A DNA stretch of 64,000 nucleotides from Candidatus Saccharimonadales bacterium (lineage in GTDB: Bacteria > Patescibacteriota > Saccharimonadia > Saccharimonadales > 2-12-FULL-41-12): NCBI GenBank assembly GCA_041906505.1, contig JAYRJB010000007.1:18964-82963 (forward strand), in the 5' to 3' direction. The notes under the pieces are model-generated. The model had not been told where the DNA came from. It ran no database searches and saw only the letters and a program-made list of their open reading frames with translations. Made by a program: the position numbers and the translations under genes. Position 1 is the stretch's first letter. The number at the start of each line of letters is the position of its first letter. Below are positions 1 to 9,267 of the stretch, piece after piece.

Positions 1-936
1 AGTTTTTTGTCGGATCGATTGAGATTTTTGGCAATCACGGCATGGGCACCGTCAAGAATGTGCTTTGTGCTCCTATAGTTTTGTTCGAGTCTAATCACCG
101 TGGAGCGAGGAAAGTCTTTTTCGAACATCAAGATGTTCTCGTAGTTTGCCCCGCGCCAAGAATAGATGCTTTGCCAATCATCACCCACAACTGCAATGTT
201 GCGGTCGGACCCAACCAGTAACTTTATTAAGCTATACTGTGCCGCGTTGGTGTCTTGATACTCGTCTACCAATATGTAATGAAACTGCTTTTGCCATTTT
301 GCTCGCACTTCTGGGTGAGCTTGCAACAATCCAACCGTTTTGGCGATGAGATCATCAAAATCTAGCGCCGAGGCATTTTTGAGCAACGCTTCATAGTGCG
401 GAAAGACCTTGCTGGCGATAGTCTGCAATGGGCCTTGTGCGCTTGCCTGGTAGTCGTGTGCCGATACGAGCTCATTCTTTGCACTACTGATTAAGCCCGA
501 GATTTGTCGGGGCAGATAGTCCTTTTCGTTAATGTGGAGTTGTTTGTAGACCTGCTTAATGGACGCCACGCGGTCGGCTTCATCAAATATCACAAAGTTT
601 GCTGGCACTCCAATGTAGGATCCGTCTTGGCGCAATATTTTTACACAAATGCTGTGAAAAGTGCCCATGAACGGTAAAAAATCTCGATTATCTGGATTTT
701 CTCTAAGCAATGCGGCCAGTCGCTGTCGCATCTCTTTGGCAGCTTTGTTAGTAAATGTGACCGCGAGAATGTTGTACGGCGAGGTTTTTTTATGCGAGAT
801 TATGTAGGCAATCCGGTGGGTAAGGGTTTTGGTTTTTCCGCTCCCGGCACCTGCTTGAATAAGCAAAGGCCCTTCAGTTGTAATAACTGCCCTCTGTTGC
901 TCGCTATTGAGGCCGTCAAGGATTGCGTCAGACATC
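1..936 (-). CDS. UvrD/PcrA-family ATP-dependent DNA helicase, N-terminal part (3' end of gene lies outside the window)
   Basis: Reverse translation from the ATG at 936 reads MSDAILDGLNSEQQRAVITTEGPLLIQAGAGSGKTKTLTHRIAYI..., a Walker A motif and UvrD-like motifs. The frame stays open to position 1. Confidence 0.8.
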
Positions 937-1012
937 TATACATTTTAGCAAGCTTCTTCGCATCTTAAGCGTTGTGCTTTAGACCAAAATTTTACTGCTA
1001 TATTTTTTCACT

Positions 1013-1657
1013 CTAGAGTATGTCGGTGAACGGTTCAAAACCCACATCAATCAATTCAGCATCAACCCCAAAATTGACTGCCAATACCACGATCACCAAA
1101 AACACTACCAGAAACATCAAGGCTCGCCGTCCAGACTTTCGGTGAGCTTCTTCCCCAATTGGTACAACATATTTTTTTGAATCAATTATCTTCTGAATTT
1201 CTTCGCGCTGTTTTTTGGCTTGGGCTTCTGCCTTTGAGGCTTCTTTTTTCGAACTTACCTCTTGGGCAAGCGCGTCAACCGCCCCCGCGTCCCCGCCGTC
1301 ATTCAGAGGTTCATCTTCGGTTTTAGTCTGATCACCGTTTTCTTCTTCGGGAACTTCTGTTGAAGTATCGTCACTTGAGGCGTTGTTCTTCATGTCATCA
1401 CTTATTGGGGCAATTACTTTTTTCTCAGTGATAACGGAGTCATTTGATTCGTCTTCTTGTAGTTTTGCGATCTCTACATCAGCATCTTTAATAACCGCAG
1501 TTTCTTTTTGTTTCACCATTGGGTCCTGGGTCATCCCTCCTGGATGCTGTGTGATAATCGGTCGCCCTGTTGCAGGCGGAGCTGCTTCGCCCGGTTTTGC
1601 AACATCAAATACTTTTGATTGGTCTGGGGATTCTTTTTTGTTGTTGGTTGTTGCCAT
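1013..1657 (-). CDS. Hypothetical acidic, low-complexity protein with a C-terminal transmembrane anchor
   Basis: 214-aa ORF rich in D/E/K/S with a single C-terminal hydrophobic helix (LMFLVVFLVIVVLAV). It abuts the tpiA stop, consistent with co-transcription. No recognisable domain. Confidence 0.5.
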   Translation of the reverse strand: MATTNNKKESPDQSKVFDVAKPGEAAPPATGRPIITQHPGGMTQDPMVKQKETAVIKDADVEIAKLQEDESNDSVITEKKVIAPISDDMKNNASSDDTSTEVPEEENGDQTKTEDEPLNDGGDAGAVDALAQEVSSKKEASKAEAQAKKQREEIQKIIDSKKYVVPIGEEAHRKSGRRALMFLVVFLVIVVLAVNFGVDAELIDVGFEPFTDIL

Positions 1658-2443
1658 TTATTCTTTTCTTTCTCTATGAAGACGATAGGTCGCATCGACA
1701 ATTGCAATAAATTTTCGATAATTTAAGCTTGCGCTGCCAACTAACGCGCCGTCGCAGCCCTCAATTTCAAGATACCCGCGGACGATATGTTCATCTACGC
1801 TACCTCCGTATAAAATTCGGACACTATCGGCGGCATCAGCGCCATACAACTCCATGATCTGATGACGAATAAAATCCATGCTCTTTTTTACTTCGTAAGG
1901 TTTTGCGAGTGTACCACCAAAGTTACTAATAGCCCACACTGGCTCGTACGCAACAACTACTTCACGAACATCTTCTGACGTAAGATCGCTCAAGCCACTT
2001 ACGATTTGATCATGCAGGACTTGCTTGGTTTCTCCGTTTCGTCGCTCTTCTCCAGTTTCTCCTACACAAAGTATTGGTGTGATGCCGTTTCGCACACTTG
2101 CGGCAACCTTATCACGGATCATGTCGAGCGATTCGTTAAAATAGATCCGTCGTTCAGAATGACCAATTATTGCGTAGTGCACAAGCTCTCTTAACATCGA
2201 AAAAGATACTTCTCCAGTTAGGGCGCCTTCGTCAGCAGGATGCGCGTCTTGGGCAGCCAGCCGAAATCTTCGTCGATCGATCTGCAGACTCAGCGGCTGA
2301 ATTGCAAGCATGCTTGGGGCGACCACGACTTCAATATCACGGTGCCCAGAAATGTGTTTTTGCAACCGCGCGAGCAACACACTAGATTGCGACACATTTA
2401 GGTGCATTTTCCAGTTTCCAGCTATAAGTGTGCGTTTTATCAT
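1658..2443 (-). CDS. tpiA: Triosephosphate isomerase
   Basis: IAGNWKMH, GHSERR and VAYEPVWAI motifs. Length 261 aa. Confidence 0.93.
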   Translation of the reverse strand: MIKRTLIAGNWKMHLNVSQSSVLLARLQKHISGHRDIEVVVAPSMLAIQPLSLQIDRRRFRLAAQDAHPADEGALTGEVSFSMLRELVHYAIIGHSERRIYFNESLDMIRDKVAASVRNGITPILCVGETGEERRNGETKQVLHDQIVSGLSDLTSEDVREVVVAYEPVWAISNFGGTLAKPYEVKKSMDFIRHQIMELYGADAADSVRILYGGSVDEHIVRGYLEIEGCDGALVGSASLNYRKFIAIVDATYRLHRERKE

Positions 2444-2462
2444 GATGCTTTCGCTTATTGTA

Positions 2463-3755
2463 TCACTTCGCCTCTAGGGCCTCTACTCCCGGTAGTTTCT
2501 TGCCGCTCATGAGCTCCATGCTTGCGCCACCGCCAGTAGAAACGTGATAGAAATGATTTACCAAATTTCTTCCTTCAACGTATCCTACAGTGTCGCCACC
2601 GCCCACAACTACCCTTGGTTGGTGACCGAACTGTCCCAGCATGGCCTCCACTACCAACTCGGTGCCTTGTGAGAACGGCCCACTTGGCGTTTGTAGACCA
2701 CTCACCTCTGTCACGCCCATCGTACCGTTCCATATTACCGTATTAGAAAGTTGCATGGTGCCCGCGATAAACGCGCCCGAGAAGGGCCCAATGTCGAGAA
2801 TTTTTTCCTTTGCAGAGACTTCGCTCGCTTCTGGCTTTGGTGGCTTTGGGTAGCTTTCGATGTCTGCAATCACTTGTGTTCCCCAGTCAACAATTCTTGT
2901 TCGAACTTTGCTGTCAATCTCTTTTGCAACTACGCCGTCTTGGGGCACATAAAAAATAAAGCGTTGTTCTTTGGCTTTCTTTTTTGCTTTGGCAATAATG
3001 TCTCGAGCAAGCGAAATATCATCCATCTCAACTAGACTGTCACCAACTCCAATACCCTGCGCCAACAGAAACGTATTGCTCATTGCGCCGCCAATTGCAA
3101 CCACGTCCGCAATATCTATCAAACGATTAAGCAGTGCAATTTTGTCAGATATTTTTGCGCCGCCGACCAGCGCCATGAGTGGCCGTTCTGGATGATGCAT
3201 AACCCCATTGATAGTGGTAACCTCGGCCTCTAAAAGCAAGCCACTCACCGACAACAGATGTTTGGTGATTGCATCGGTGCTCGCATGAGCTCGATGAACA
3301 ACTCCAAAGCCATCCTGGACAAACACGTCGATATCCTGGGCTAGTTGGCGCGCAAAACCGTCATCATTTGCTTCTTCTTCTTTGTGAAATCGTAAGTTTT
3401 CTAGCAACAGTACCTTGCCGTGTTCGAGGTTTCTTATGCGCTCGCGTGAGTCATCGCCAATGCAATCCTGGCTAAAATGAACTGGCGAATCAAGGAGGCT
3501 AGCCAGTCGCTTTGCAACAGGGTGAAGCGACAATACCTTGTCCTCTGGGCCTGCGGGACGACCAAGATGGGAGCAAATCACCACTTTGCAGTTTTTTTCC
3601 ATCAGATACTTAATCGTTGGCACCGAACGTGTAATCCGGTAGTCGTCGGTAATTTTTCCGTTCTTCAAAGGCACATTGTAGTCGGCCCTCACCAGCACGA
3701 TTTTTCCTAATATATCAATGTCCCTAATAGTTTTTTTATCAAAATGACTTGTCAT
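2463..3755 (-). CDS. pgk: Phosphoglycerate kinase
   Basis: LVRADYNVP N-terminal motif and GGGAS/GGGDT glycine-rich segments. Length 430 aa. Confidence 0.93.
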   Translation of the reverse strand: MTSHFDKKTIRDIDILGKIVLVRADYNVPLKNGKITDDYRITRSVPTIKYLMEKNCKVVICSHLGRPAGPEDKVLSLHPVAKRLASLLDSPVHFSQDCIGDDSRERIRNLEHGKVLLLENLRFHKEEEANDDGFARQLAQDIDVFVQDGFGVVHRAHASTDAITKHLLSVSGLLLEAEVTTINGVMHHPERPLMALVGGAKISDKIALLNRLIDIADVVAIGGAMSNTFLLAQGIGVGDSLVEMDDISLARDIIAKAKKKAKEQRFIFYVPQDGVVAKEIDSKVRTRIVDWGTQVIADIESYPKPPKPEASEVSAKEKILDIGPFSGAFIAGTMQLSNTVIWNGTMGVTEVSGLQTPSGPFSQGTELVVEAMLGQFGHQPRVVVGGGDTVGYVEGRNLVNHFYHVSTGGGASMELMSGKKLPGVEALEAK

Positions 3756-3763
3756 GATAGCGC

Positions 3764-5194
3764 CTACAGCACCCTTACCTTTATAGTGTCTGTTGTGCCC
3801 ATCACGCCGGGATATTTCCCAGAGGCGGTCACAACCACATCACCCCTTTTTAGCACTTTACTCCGATGAAGCCAATTGGTGAGCTTGGTAGCTTGAAGTT
3901 TATTGTCGGGGCGAACATAGCTTTTTGTGCCATACACAACTGCAAGCTGCTGGGCCACCCGCGGAACAGACGTGGCCGCGATTATTGGTATATTCGGCCT
4001 TCGAGATGAAACGTGAAGTGCGGTTGCACCAGATTTGGTTTCGGCAACAATTGCAACGGCACTAACCGAACTGGCCAAGCTGATAATAGCGTTTGATATA
4101 GCTCGGGTCTTACCGGGCAGACTATCTACATCAATAAGCATTGGACTATGCAGGGCGTGACTCTGCGTGTACGTTACCACACGCTTCATTACAGCAACGG
4201 CCTCTATCGGATATTTTCCGCTCGCGGTCTCGTCGCTTAACATTACTGCGTCTGTACCAAGCAATACGGCAGTGGCAACGTCAGACACTTCGGCTCGTGT
4301 TGGCTCGGGCGACTCACTCATGCTCGCCAGCATTTGGGTTGCTACAATAGTTGGCTTGGCATACTTCATCCCCAACTCAATAATTTTCCTCTGGATAATT
4401 GGCACTTCCTCGGGCATTGTCTCGGTGGCCAAGTCGCCACGGGCCACCATAAGGCCGTCGGACTCTTGTGCAATCGACTCCAGGTGCACAACCGCAAGTC
4501 TCGTCTCTATCTTTGCGATAATTTTTGCCGACGAACCCAAGTTAACCAATAATCGACGTAGTTTTTTTATGTCTTCGGGCGTCTGCACAAAGCTGAGCGC
4601 AACATAATCTATGTCGTTCGCAGAACCATAAGCAATATCTTCTTTATCTTTTCTGGTAATAATATCTCCCAAAAAATCTGTGTCCGGTACATTGATCCCC
4701 TTGCGTTTTATCAAAATTCCACCGTTCTCGGCGCGCACAAACACCTTTCTGTCTTTTACTGCAGTTACCCTGGTTCTAATCTTGCCATCATAAAGATAGA
4801 GTCGCTCACCACGCTTTACTTTTTTACTGAGGTCATACTGGATTGGCAGCACACCAGTCCGCTCATAATCAGCTTCATAACCTAATGTGAGACTTTGCCC
4901 TGGGGCAACATTTACGATACCTTCGAAGTCCCCCAGGCGTATCTTGGGGCCTTGCAAATCTTGAATAATTGCCACCGGCTTCCCCGCCGCTTTTGAGGCT
5001 TTGCGAATCCATTCTATCTGTTGATCTCGCTCTTTATGCGTACCATGACTAAAGTTAAGACGAAGACCGTTCGCACCCGACTTTATGAGCCGCTCTATCG
5101 ACTCGTATGAATTTGTAGAAGGACCAACCGTGGCCACAATCTTGGTTCTCTTAAACGCCTTAAGAGGCACGTTTGGTATTTTATGTGTTGACAC
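3764..5194 (-). CDS. pyk: Pyruvate kinase
   Basis: KIVATVGPS start motif and MVARGDL. Length 476 aa. Confidence 0.92.
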   Translation of the reverse strand: MSTHKIPNVPLKAFKRTKIVATVGPSTNSYESIERLIKSGANGLRLNFSHGTHKERDQQIEWIRKASKAAGKPVAIIQDLQGPKIRLGDFEGIVNVAPGQSLTLGYEADYERTGVLPIQYDLSKKVKRGERLYLYDGKIRTRVTAVKDRKVFVRAENGGILIKRKGINVPDTDFLGDIITRKDKEDIAYGSANDIDYVALSFVQTPEDIKKLRRLLVNLGSSAKIIAKIETRLAVVHLESIAQESDGLMVARGDLATETMPEEVPIIQRKIIELGMKYAKPTIVATQMLASMSESPEPTRAEVSDVATAVLLGTDAVMLSDETASGKYPIEAVAVMKRVVTYTQSHALHSPMLIDVDSLPGKTRAISNAIISLASSVSAVAIVAETKSGATALHVSSRRPNIPIIAATSVPRVAQQLAVVYGTKSYVRPDNKLQATKLTNWLHRSKVLKRGDVVVTASGKYPGVMGTTDTIKVRVL

Positions 5195-5374
5195 TCGAAA
5201 TCATCCCACCAGTTGATTTTCTGATTGTATATCTGTCAATAGTGTAACCGTTTATGGCTATTTGGAGCAACTATTCTACCCCGGATGTTTTTCTTAAGCT
5301 TCGAGCTAAAAGTCCTTGGTTCCAATCGAGTTTTTGGGCAATAGGGGTTCTCCCACGAACTATCAATGCAAAAA

Positions 5375-5399
5375 CCCCTCAAAACGAGGGGCTCTTGCA
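5375..5399 (-). terminator. Rho-independent terminator after tRNA-Glu
   Basis: On the minus strand: GCCCCTC-GTTTT-GAGGGG followed by TTTTTGC. Confidence 0.6.
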
Positions 5400-5400
5400 C

Positions 5401-5475
5401 TGGTGACCTCAAGGGGAATCGAACCCCTATTGCCGGGATGAAAACCCGGTGTCCTAACCGTTAGACGATGAGGCC
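5401..5475 (-). tRNA. tRNA-Glu (anticodon UUC), CCA encoded
   Basis: Manual cloverleaf: acceptor GGCCTCA/TGAGGTC, D-stem GTCT/GGAC, anticodon stem CCGGG/CCCGG with loop TTTTCAT, T-arm AGGGG-TTCGATT-CCCCT, then A-CCA. Confidence 0.85.
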
Positions 5476-5477
5476 AT
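5459..5477. repeat. 19-nt direct repeat, copy 1 (tRNA-Glu positions 1-17 plus 2 nt upstream)
   Basis: cgttagacgatgaggccat is identical to 5638..5656. Confidence 0.9.
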
Positions 5478-5637
5478 ATGCTGTGACATGTTTGAGTTGT
5501 TAAGTTTGCTGATTCGTTCTAGTGCTCTCTCGAACGGTTAAGATGTCCTGGTCACGTCCCGCGACGCCGAAACTTCGCGATTGGCAAACCAGTTGCCATC
5601 GGAAGGTTTCCTTGCAAACTGCCACTGGCAGTTCTCA

Positions 5638-5656
5638 CGTTAGACGATGAGGCCAT
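5638..5656. repeat. 19-nt direct repeat, copy 2 (orphan duplicate of the tRNA-Glu 5' segment)
   Basis: Identical 19-mer 160 bp upstream (in tRNA orientation) of the intact tRNA-Glu. No cloverleaf follows it. Confidence 0.9.
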
Positions 5657-5840
5657 TATCTCTTCTTTAGCTGGGTTATTTTAGCAAATAAACCCCAGAA
5701 GCTCCACCCTTCTGAGGTTTATCGTTTTTGCTAAATTGTAGTGTTAGTTTTTTGAGCGGTCAGTCGTTGCTCTCGTAACTAATGAAACATTAGCACATTT
5801 TGTGGTTCTTGACTAGACCACTTATCCACAGAATGCGGGT

Positions 5841-7466
5841 TTAGACGCGGTAGTACTTGCGAGAGAAGACGTAGTAGCCAACACCGCTCGCAAGACTGAC
5901 TGCAACAAAGATTGCGGCGACATCACCAGGACCTGTGTCCGGCAACGAGGTTGTAGTCGTGCCGGGAGGCGTAACGGGGGGAGTTGGAGGGGTTGGTGGC
6001 GTTGTAAAGTTGAGCGCCGCTGCACACTTATCGCTCTCAGCAATCTTTAGCTCACCGTTCACCAAAACCTCAACCTTTACCCGAGCAACATACTGTCCAT
6101 CTTTTGCATAGGTGTGCTCGACCATATTTTGGTCGGTCTTGAATTCTTCTGTGCCATCACCAAAGGTGTAGAAATATCGCTTGATGGTTGCACCATTGGT
6201 TGCCGTAGCGTTTGTAGTGAACTTAACTGTTCTACCTTGCAAAACTTGAGCTTGCAACAGATCACAACTATACGTTGGGTTTACTGGAGGATTACAGTTC
6301 TCTTTAGTAATAACTACGTCGGAGCTATCTTTTACTTCGTTCGGTGTTTGAGTCGATTTTGCATAAGCTACGTTTCTAACCCTTACCTCGCACCCTTCGA
6401 AGTCACCTTTTGTCACAGTATTAAAGATTATGTAACGTATTCCACCCGACGGATAGGTGCCGAGTCCTAGACCGCCCCCAAACAACGGAGCATCATTCTG
6501 GACTTTATCTTGATTTGCATCAATCATTCGAACACTACCAGGCACCAACTTTACGTGAGGAGGTAGTACATCACGAACATTTACTTGAGTCAGTGTTGAA
6601 TTGCTTATGTTCTTGGTGCCAAGGCGCCATTGAACCTCTGTTTCTGGTTTGGTCGATACTTCTTTCTTCCAGCCCTGGTCGCCCTTTACTTTAACTTCTT
6701 TAACAAGTTGTAGGTTAGGAGATTCTTGTGGAATTACCCTAACTTTTATCTGGACAACCGCTTCATACTGGAAACAGCCGGGTAGCTCACCGTTTAGAGC
6801 GTTAAACCCTATTGGTGCTCCTGTTGTTACTACTGAGTCGCTTAGCTTTGCGCCATTAATTGGACCATTGTTATAGATGATCGCAGAACCAGGCACATAT
6901 TCGACTCTAAACTTCTTGTTAGCAGTAAAGTCGACAGTGTCTTCTACCATACTCGCATTGCTTGCGCTTATGTAGCTTCGTGCGCGGAGCACTTGTTCAG
7001 TTGCGGTCGGAAGCGCGATACGCACTTTTGTGTTGTGAGCAATACCCTTGCCGCTCGCATTTGTATTTTGGTTGGCATTGTTATGCACATAGGTTCTAAG
7101 AACGATTTCCTTTGAACCTTCAGTGACCTCTGGTAGCACATTCTTGTAACTCCCCGCAGCGGTTTGGTCGCTTCGTCGAGCATCAAGGAAAGCTCGCTCG
7201 TCCCCGTAGCTTGGTGTATTAACGAAAGAGTTGAATACAGGGCCGTTTAATGAACCACAGCGTCCATTTTGGGTAGCTGGATCATTCGGATCAGTACAAT
7301 TACTATTTGCACTTCCCTTGTTGTAGTCAAATGTTGGTCGATCGGGATAAAACTCGGCATTCACCGCAAGCGGTACTGCGACCGCAAACCCGAGACCCAA
7401 GACAGCAATTGCGAGCTTGGTTTTTCTGCCGAGGGCACTTATCTTATTAGTAAATTTCATTCTCAT
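5841..7466 (-). CDS. Sortase-anchored cell-surface protein (signal peptide, PKD-like domain, Pro/Thr-rich stalk, LPXTG sorting signal)
   Basis: N-terminal signal peptide MRMKFTNKISALGRKTKLAIAVLGLGFAVAVPLAVNA. PKD-like segment YFYTFGDGT...HTY...GQYVARVKV. TPPTPPTPPVTPPGTTTT linker. C-terminal LPDTG, a hydrophobic stretch, then RKYYRV. Confidence 0.8.
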   Translation of the reverse strand: MRMKFTNKISALGRKTKLAIAVLGLGFAVAVPLAVNAEFYPDRPTFDYNKGSANSNCTDPNDPATQNGRCGSLNGPVFNSFVNTPSYGDERAFLDARRSDQTAAGSYKNVLPEVTEGSKEIVLRTYVHNNANQNTNASGKGIAHNTKVRIALPTATEQVLRARSYISASNASMVEDTVDFTANKKFRVEYVPGSAIIYNNGPINGAKLSDSVVTTGAPIGFNALNGELPGCFQYEAVVQIKVRVIPQESPNLQLVKEVKVKGDQGWKKEVSTKPETEVQWRLGTKNISNSTLTQVNVRDVLPPHVKLVPGSVRMIDANQDKVQNDAPLFGGGLGLGTYPSGGIRYIIFNTVTKGDFEGCEVRVRNVAYAKSTQTPNEVKDSSDVVITKENCNPPVNPTYSCDLLQAQVLQGRTVKFTTNATATNGATIKRYFYTFGDGTEEFKTDQNMVEHTYAKDGQYVARVKVEVLVNGELKIAESDKCAAALNFTTPPTPPTPPVTPPGTTTTSLPDTGPGDVAAIFVAVSLASGVGYYVFSRKYYRV

Positions 7467-7487
7467 ATTCTCCTTTACAATCTTGCT

Positions 7488-9056
7488 TTATCCTTGGGGA
7501 TTCGGGTCAGTAGTTGGTGCGGGGGTACCAGATCCGTTTGCTGGTTCAGCTGGAGCGGGTGTTGGCGTGCCTTCTTGGGCAGGACCTGTTGGGGCAGGTT
7601 GATTAGGTAGTGGTGGTGGGGTTGGTTCTTGTGCAGGTGTAGCGGGCTTTGATTCACCAGGAACATAGCCCGATTGATCGGGAGTTTGACCAGCAGGACC
7701 CTTCCCTGCCTTATCTGGAGTACCCTTGTCTTGGTCTGCAGGAACGTTCTTATTGCCAGGCAATCGTCCATCGTCTTTTTTGGGTGAAACTCTCACAACT
7801 CTTTCACCTCCAGTTTGGTTGGTGGTTGTAGTCTTGCTTGGTTTTGGCTTATTCACATTTCCGCCACCGGTTGTATTGGTAGTAGAAGTTCTTTGGCCTT
7901 GGCTCGTGCTAACAGTGGTTCCAACGAACTCACGTACACTTACGGGGTTTCCTTGAACATCATTCCAACAAGTTCCAATGGATTGATCACTTCCCCCACC
8001 AACCTTAAATAGTGCTTTCTTGCCATTTTCTAGGGTCATTTCCAAAAACAATACATTGCTAAAGTTCTGTCGAACACTAAATACGTCATGTTCGTTTCGT
8101 TGCGCCGCATTCTCGGAATTAGGAATAGACATTTTTAGAAGACGATAGTTCGTGTCTTCGTCAGCCATTTTGTTGAGTATCCAAGCACGAGCCTCGCCTA
8201 CGCTGGTTGGAAGCTCAGAAGTGAGCGGACGATCGTGAAGGTTGTTATAAGTTGTTACCACATTTCCATCGTCACTGTGTCGGCTAAGAGCTACCATCTC
8301 TATAGCGGTTTGAACTGTGATTGCTTCTTTATTGACAGCAGCGTGTGCTTGCTGATTATAAGCATGGGAAACACTTATTTCTGGTGAGTCGGCAATTTTT
8401 CTGACGTTTGCCTTCGCATCAGCAACCGAACCGCTCTTGATGAGCTTTGCAGCCTCGTTCAAGCTTGCACCTCGAAGTGCGTTATCACTTGGGAAGGCAG
8501 TTTTAGCGTGGGCGCTGGTATTGGACTTATGAGGTTTTTTGTTAACGTCCTTGAAGGATGCAAGGTCGAAACTAGCTTTGGGCGCTTTGTCATTAACGCC
8601 ATCTTTTGCCGCCACATAGATGCCGCCGCCAACAACAGCAGTAACCGCCATGGCGCCGATCGCTGCAAACTTTGCAGCTTTTCGCTTGAACCAATTCTCT
8701 TTCTTGTGTGCTGGAGAGTTATCTGCTGCACCTGTAGTGCTTACGTCAGCGTCTGCAGAGGCTTGTGCTCTCGACCCTTGAGACTGTTCGTTGTCTGCAA
8801 GACCAGCGATAACTGTCGTGTGTCCAAGCTGTTCTACGAGCGTGTCGAGCCGACTTCCCATAGCTCCCAAAGCACTTAGACGTTCTGCCATTTCAGCAAG
8901 CTCTTGCCTAACTTCATTCTGCAATTCGGCGAGTTTATCGCCTAGGGCTTGATTTTGAAGTTTTAGCTGTTCATTTTCTATGCGAAGAGCTGCAACTTGC
9001 TGCTCTGGCGCTTGCGGATTCGTATTGACTTCGTGTGACTGTGACATATATGTCAT
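7488..9056 (-). CDS. Hypothetical bitopic membrane protein: cytoplasmic coiled-coil, one TM helix, extracytoplasmic domain, Pro-rich C-terminal tail
   Basis: N-terminal heptad-rich region (LKLQNQALGDKLAELQNEVRQELAEMAERL). TM helix FAAIGAMAVTAVVGGGIYVAA. C-terminal PAPT/PTPP low complexity. Stop lies 21 nt upstream of the LPXTG gene start, so probably co-transcribed. Confidence 0.6.
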   Translation of the reverse strand: MTYMSQSHEVNTNPQAPEQQVAALRIENEQLKLQNQALGDKLAELQNEVRQELAEMAERLSALGAMGSRLDTLVEQLGHTTVIAGLADNEQSQGSRAQASADADVSTTGAADNSPAHKKENWFKRKAAKFAAIGAMAVTAVVGGGIYVAAKDGVNDKAPKASFDLASFKDVNKKPHKSNTSAHAKTAFPSDNALRGASLNEAAKLIKSGSVADAKANVRKIADSPEISVSHAYNQQAHAAVNKEAITVQTAIEMVALSRHSDDGNVVTTYNNLHDRPLTSELPTSVGEARAWILNKMADEDTNYRLLKMSIPNSENAAQRNEHDVFSVRQNFSNVLFLEMTLENGKKALFKVGGGSDQSIGTCWNDVQGNPVSVREFVGTTVSTSQGQRTSTTNTTGGGNVNKPKPSKTTTTNQTGGERVVRVSPKKDDGRLPGNKNVPADQDKGTPDKAGKGPAGQTPDQSGYVPGESKPATPAQEPTPPPLPNQPAPTGPAQEGTPTPAPAEPANGSGTPAPTTDPNPQG

Positions 9057-9267
9057 TCCTCCCCTAGTAACTCCACTAGGATTCTTACTTTAAGTTATTC
9101 CCCACACCTCTCGTGCTTATCGGCACAAAACGTGTTATGACATACAATATATCACAAGAATTCGTAATTGTCAATATTGTTAGATAATTATATTCATAAG
9201 CAAGTTCACCTCTGTCAAAGCAACGACTTCTAGTGCAATTGACTGGACTTTTGCTGTCAGTTACTGC

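Noticed and set aside
146-349. 67-aa plus-strand ORF
   Set aside because: It lies antisense inside the UvrD/PcrA helicase coding region, which has strong motif support. No start context.
5560-5662. Possible second tRNA or tRNA with an intron upstream of tRNA-Glu
   Set aside because: Only the first 17 nt of the tRNA are duplicated. No D-, anticodon- or T-arm can be folded downstream, and there is no CCA or acceptor complement.
7417-7831. Several plus-strand ORFs (7417..7602, 7649..7831, 7726..7956)
   Set aside because: They are antisense to the Pro-rich tail of the 7488..9056 gene. The low-complexity sequence gives open frames on both strands.
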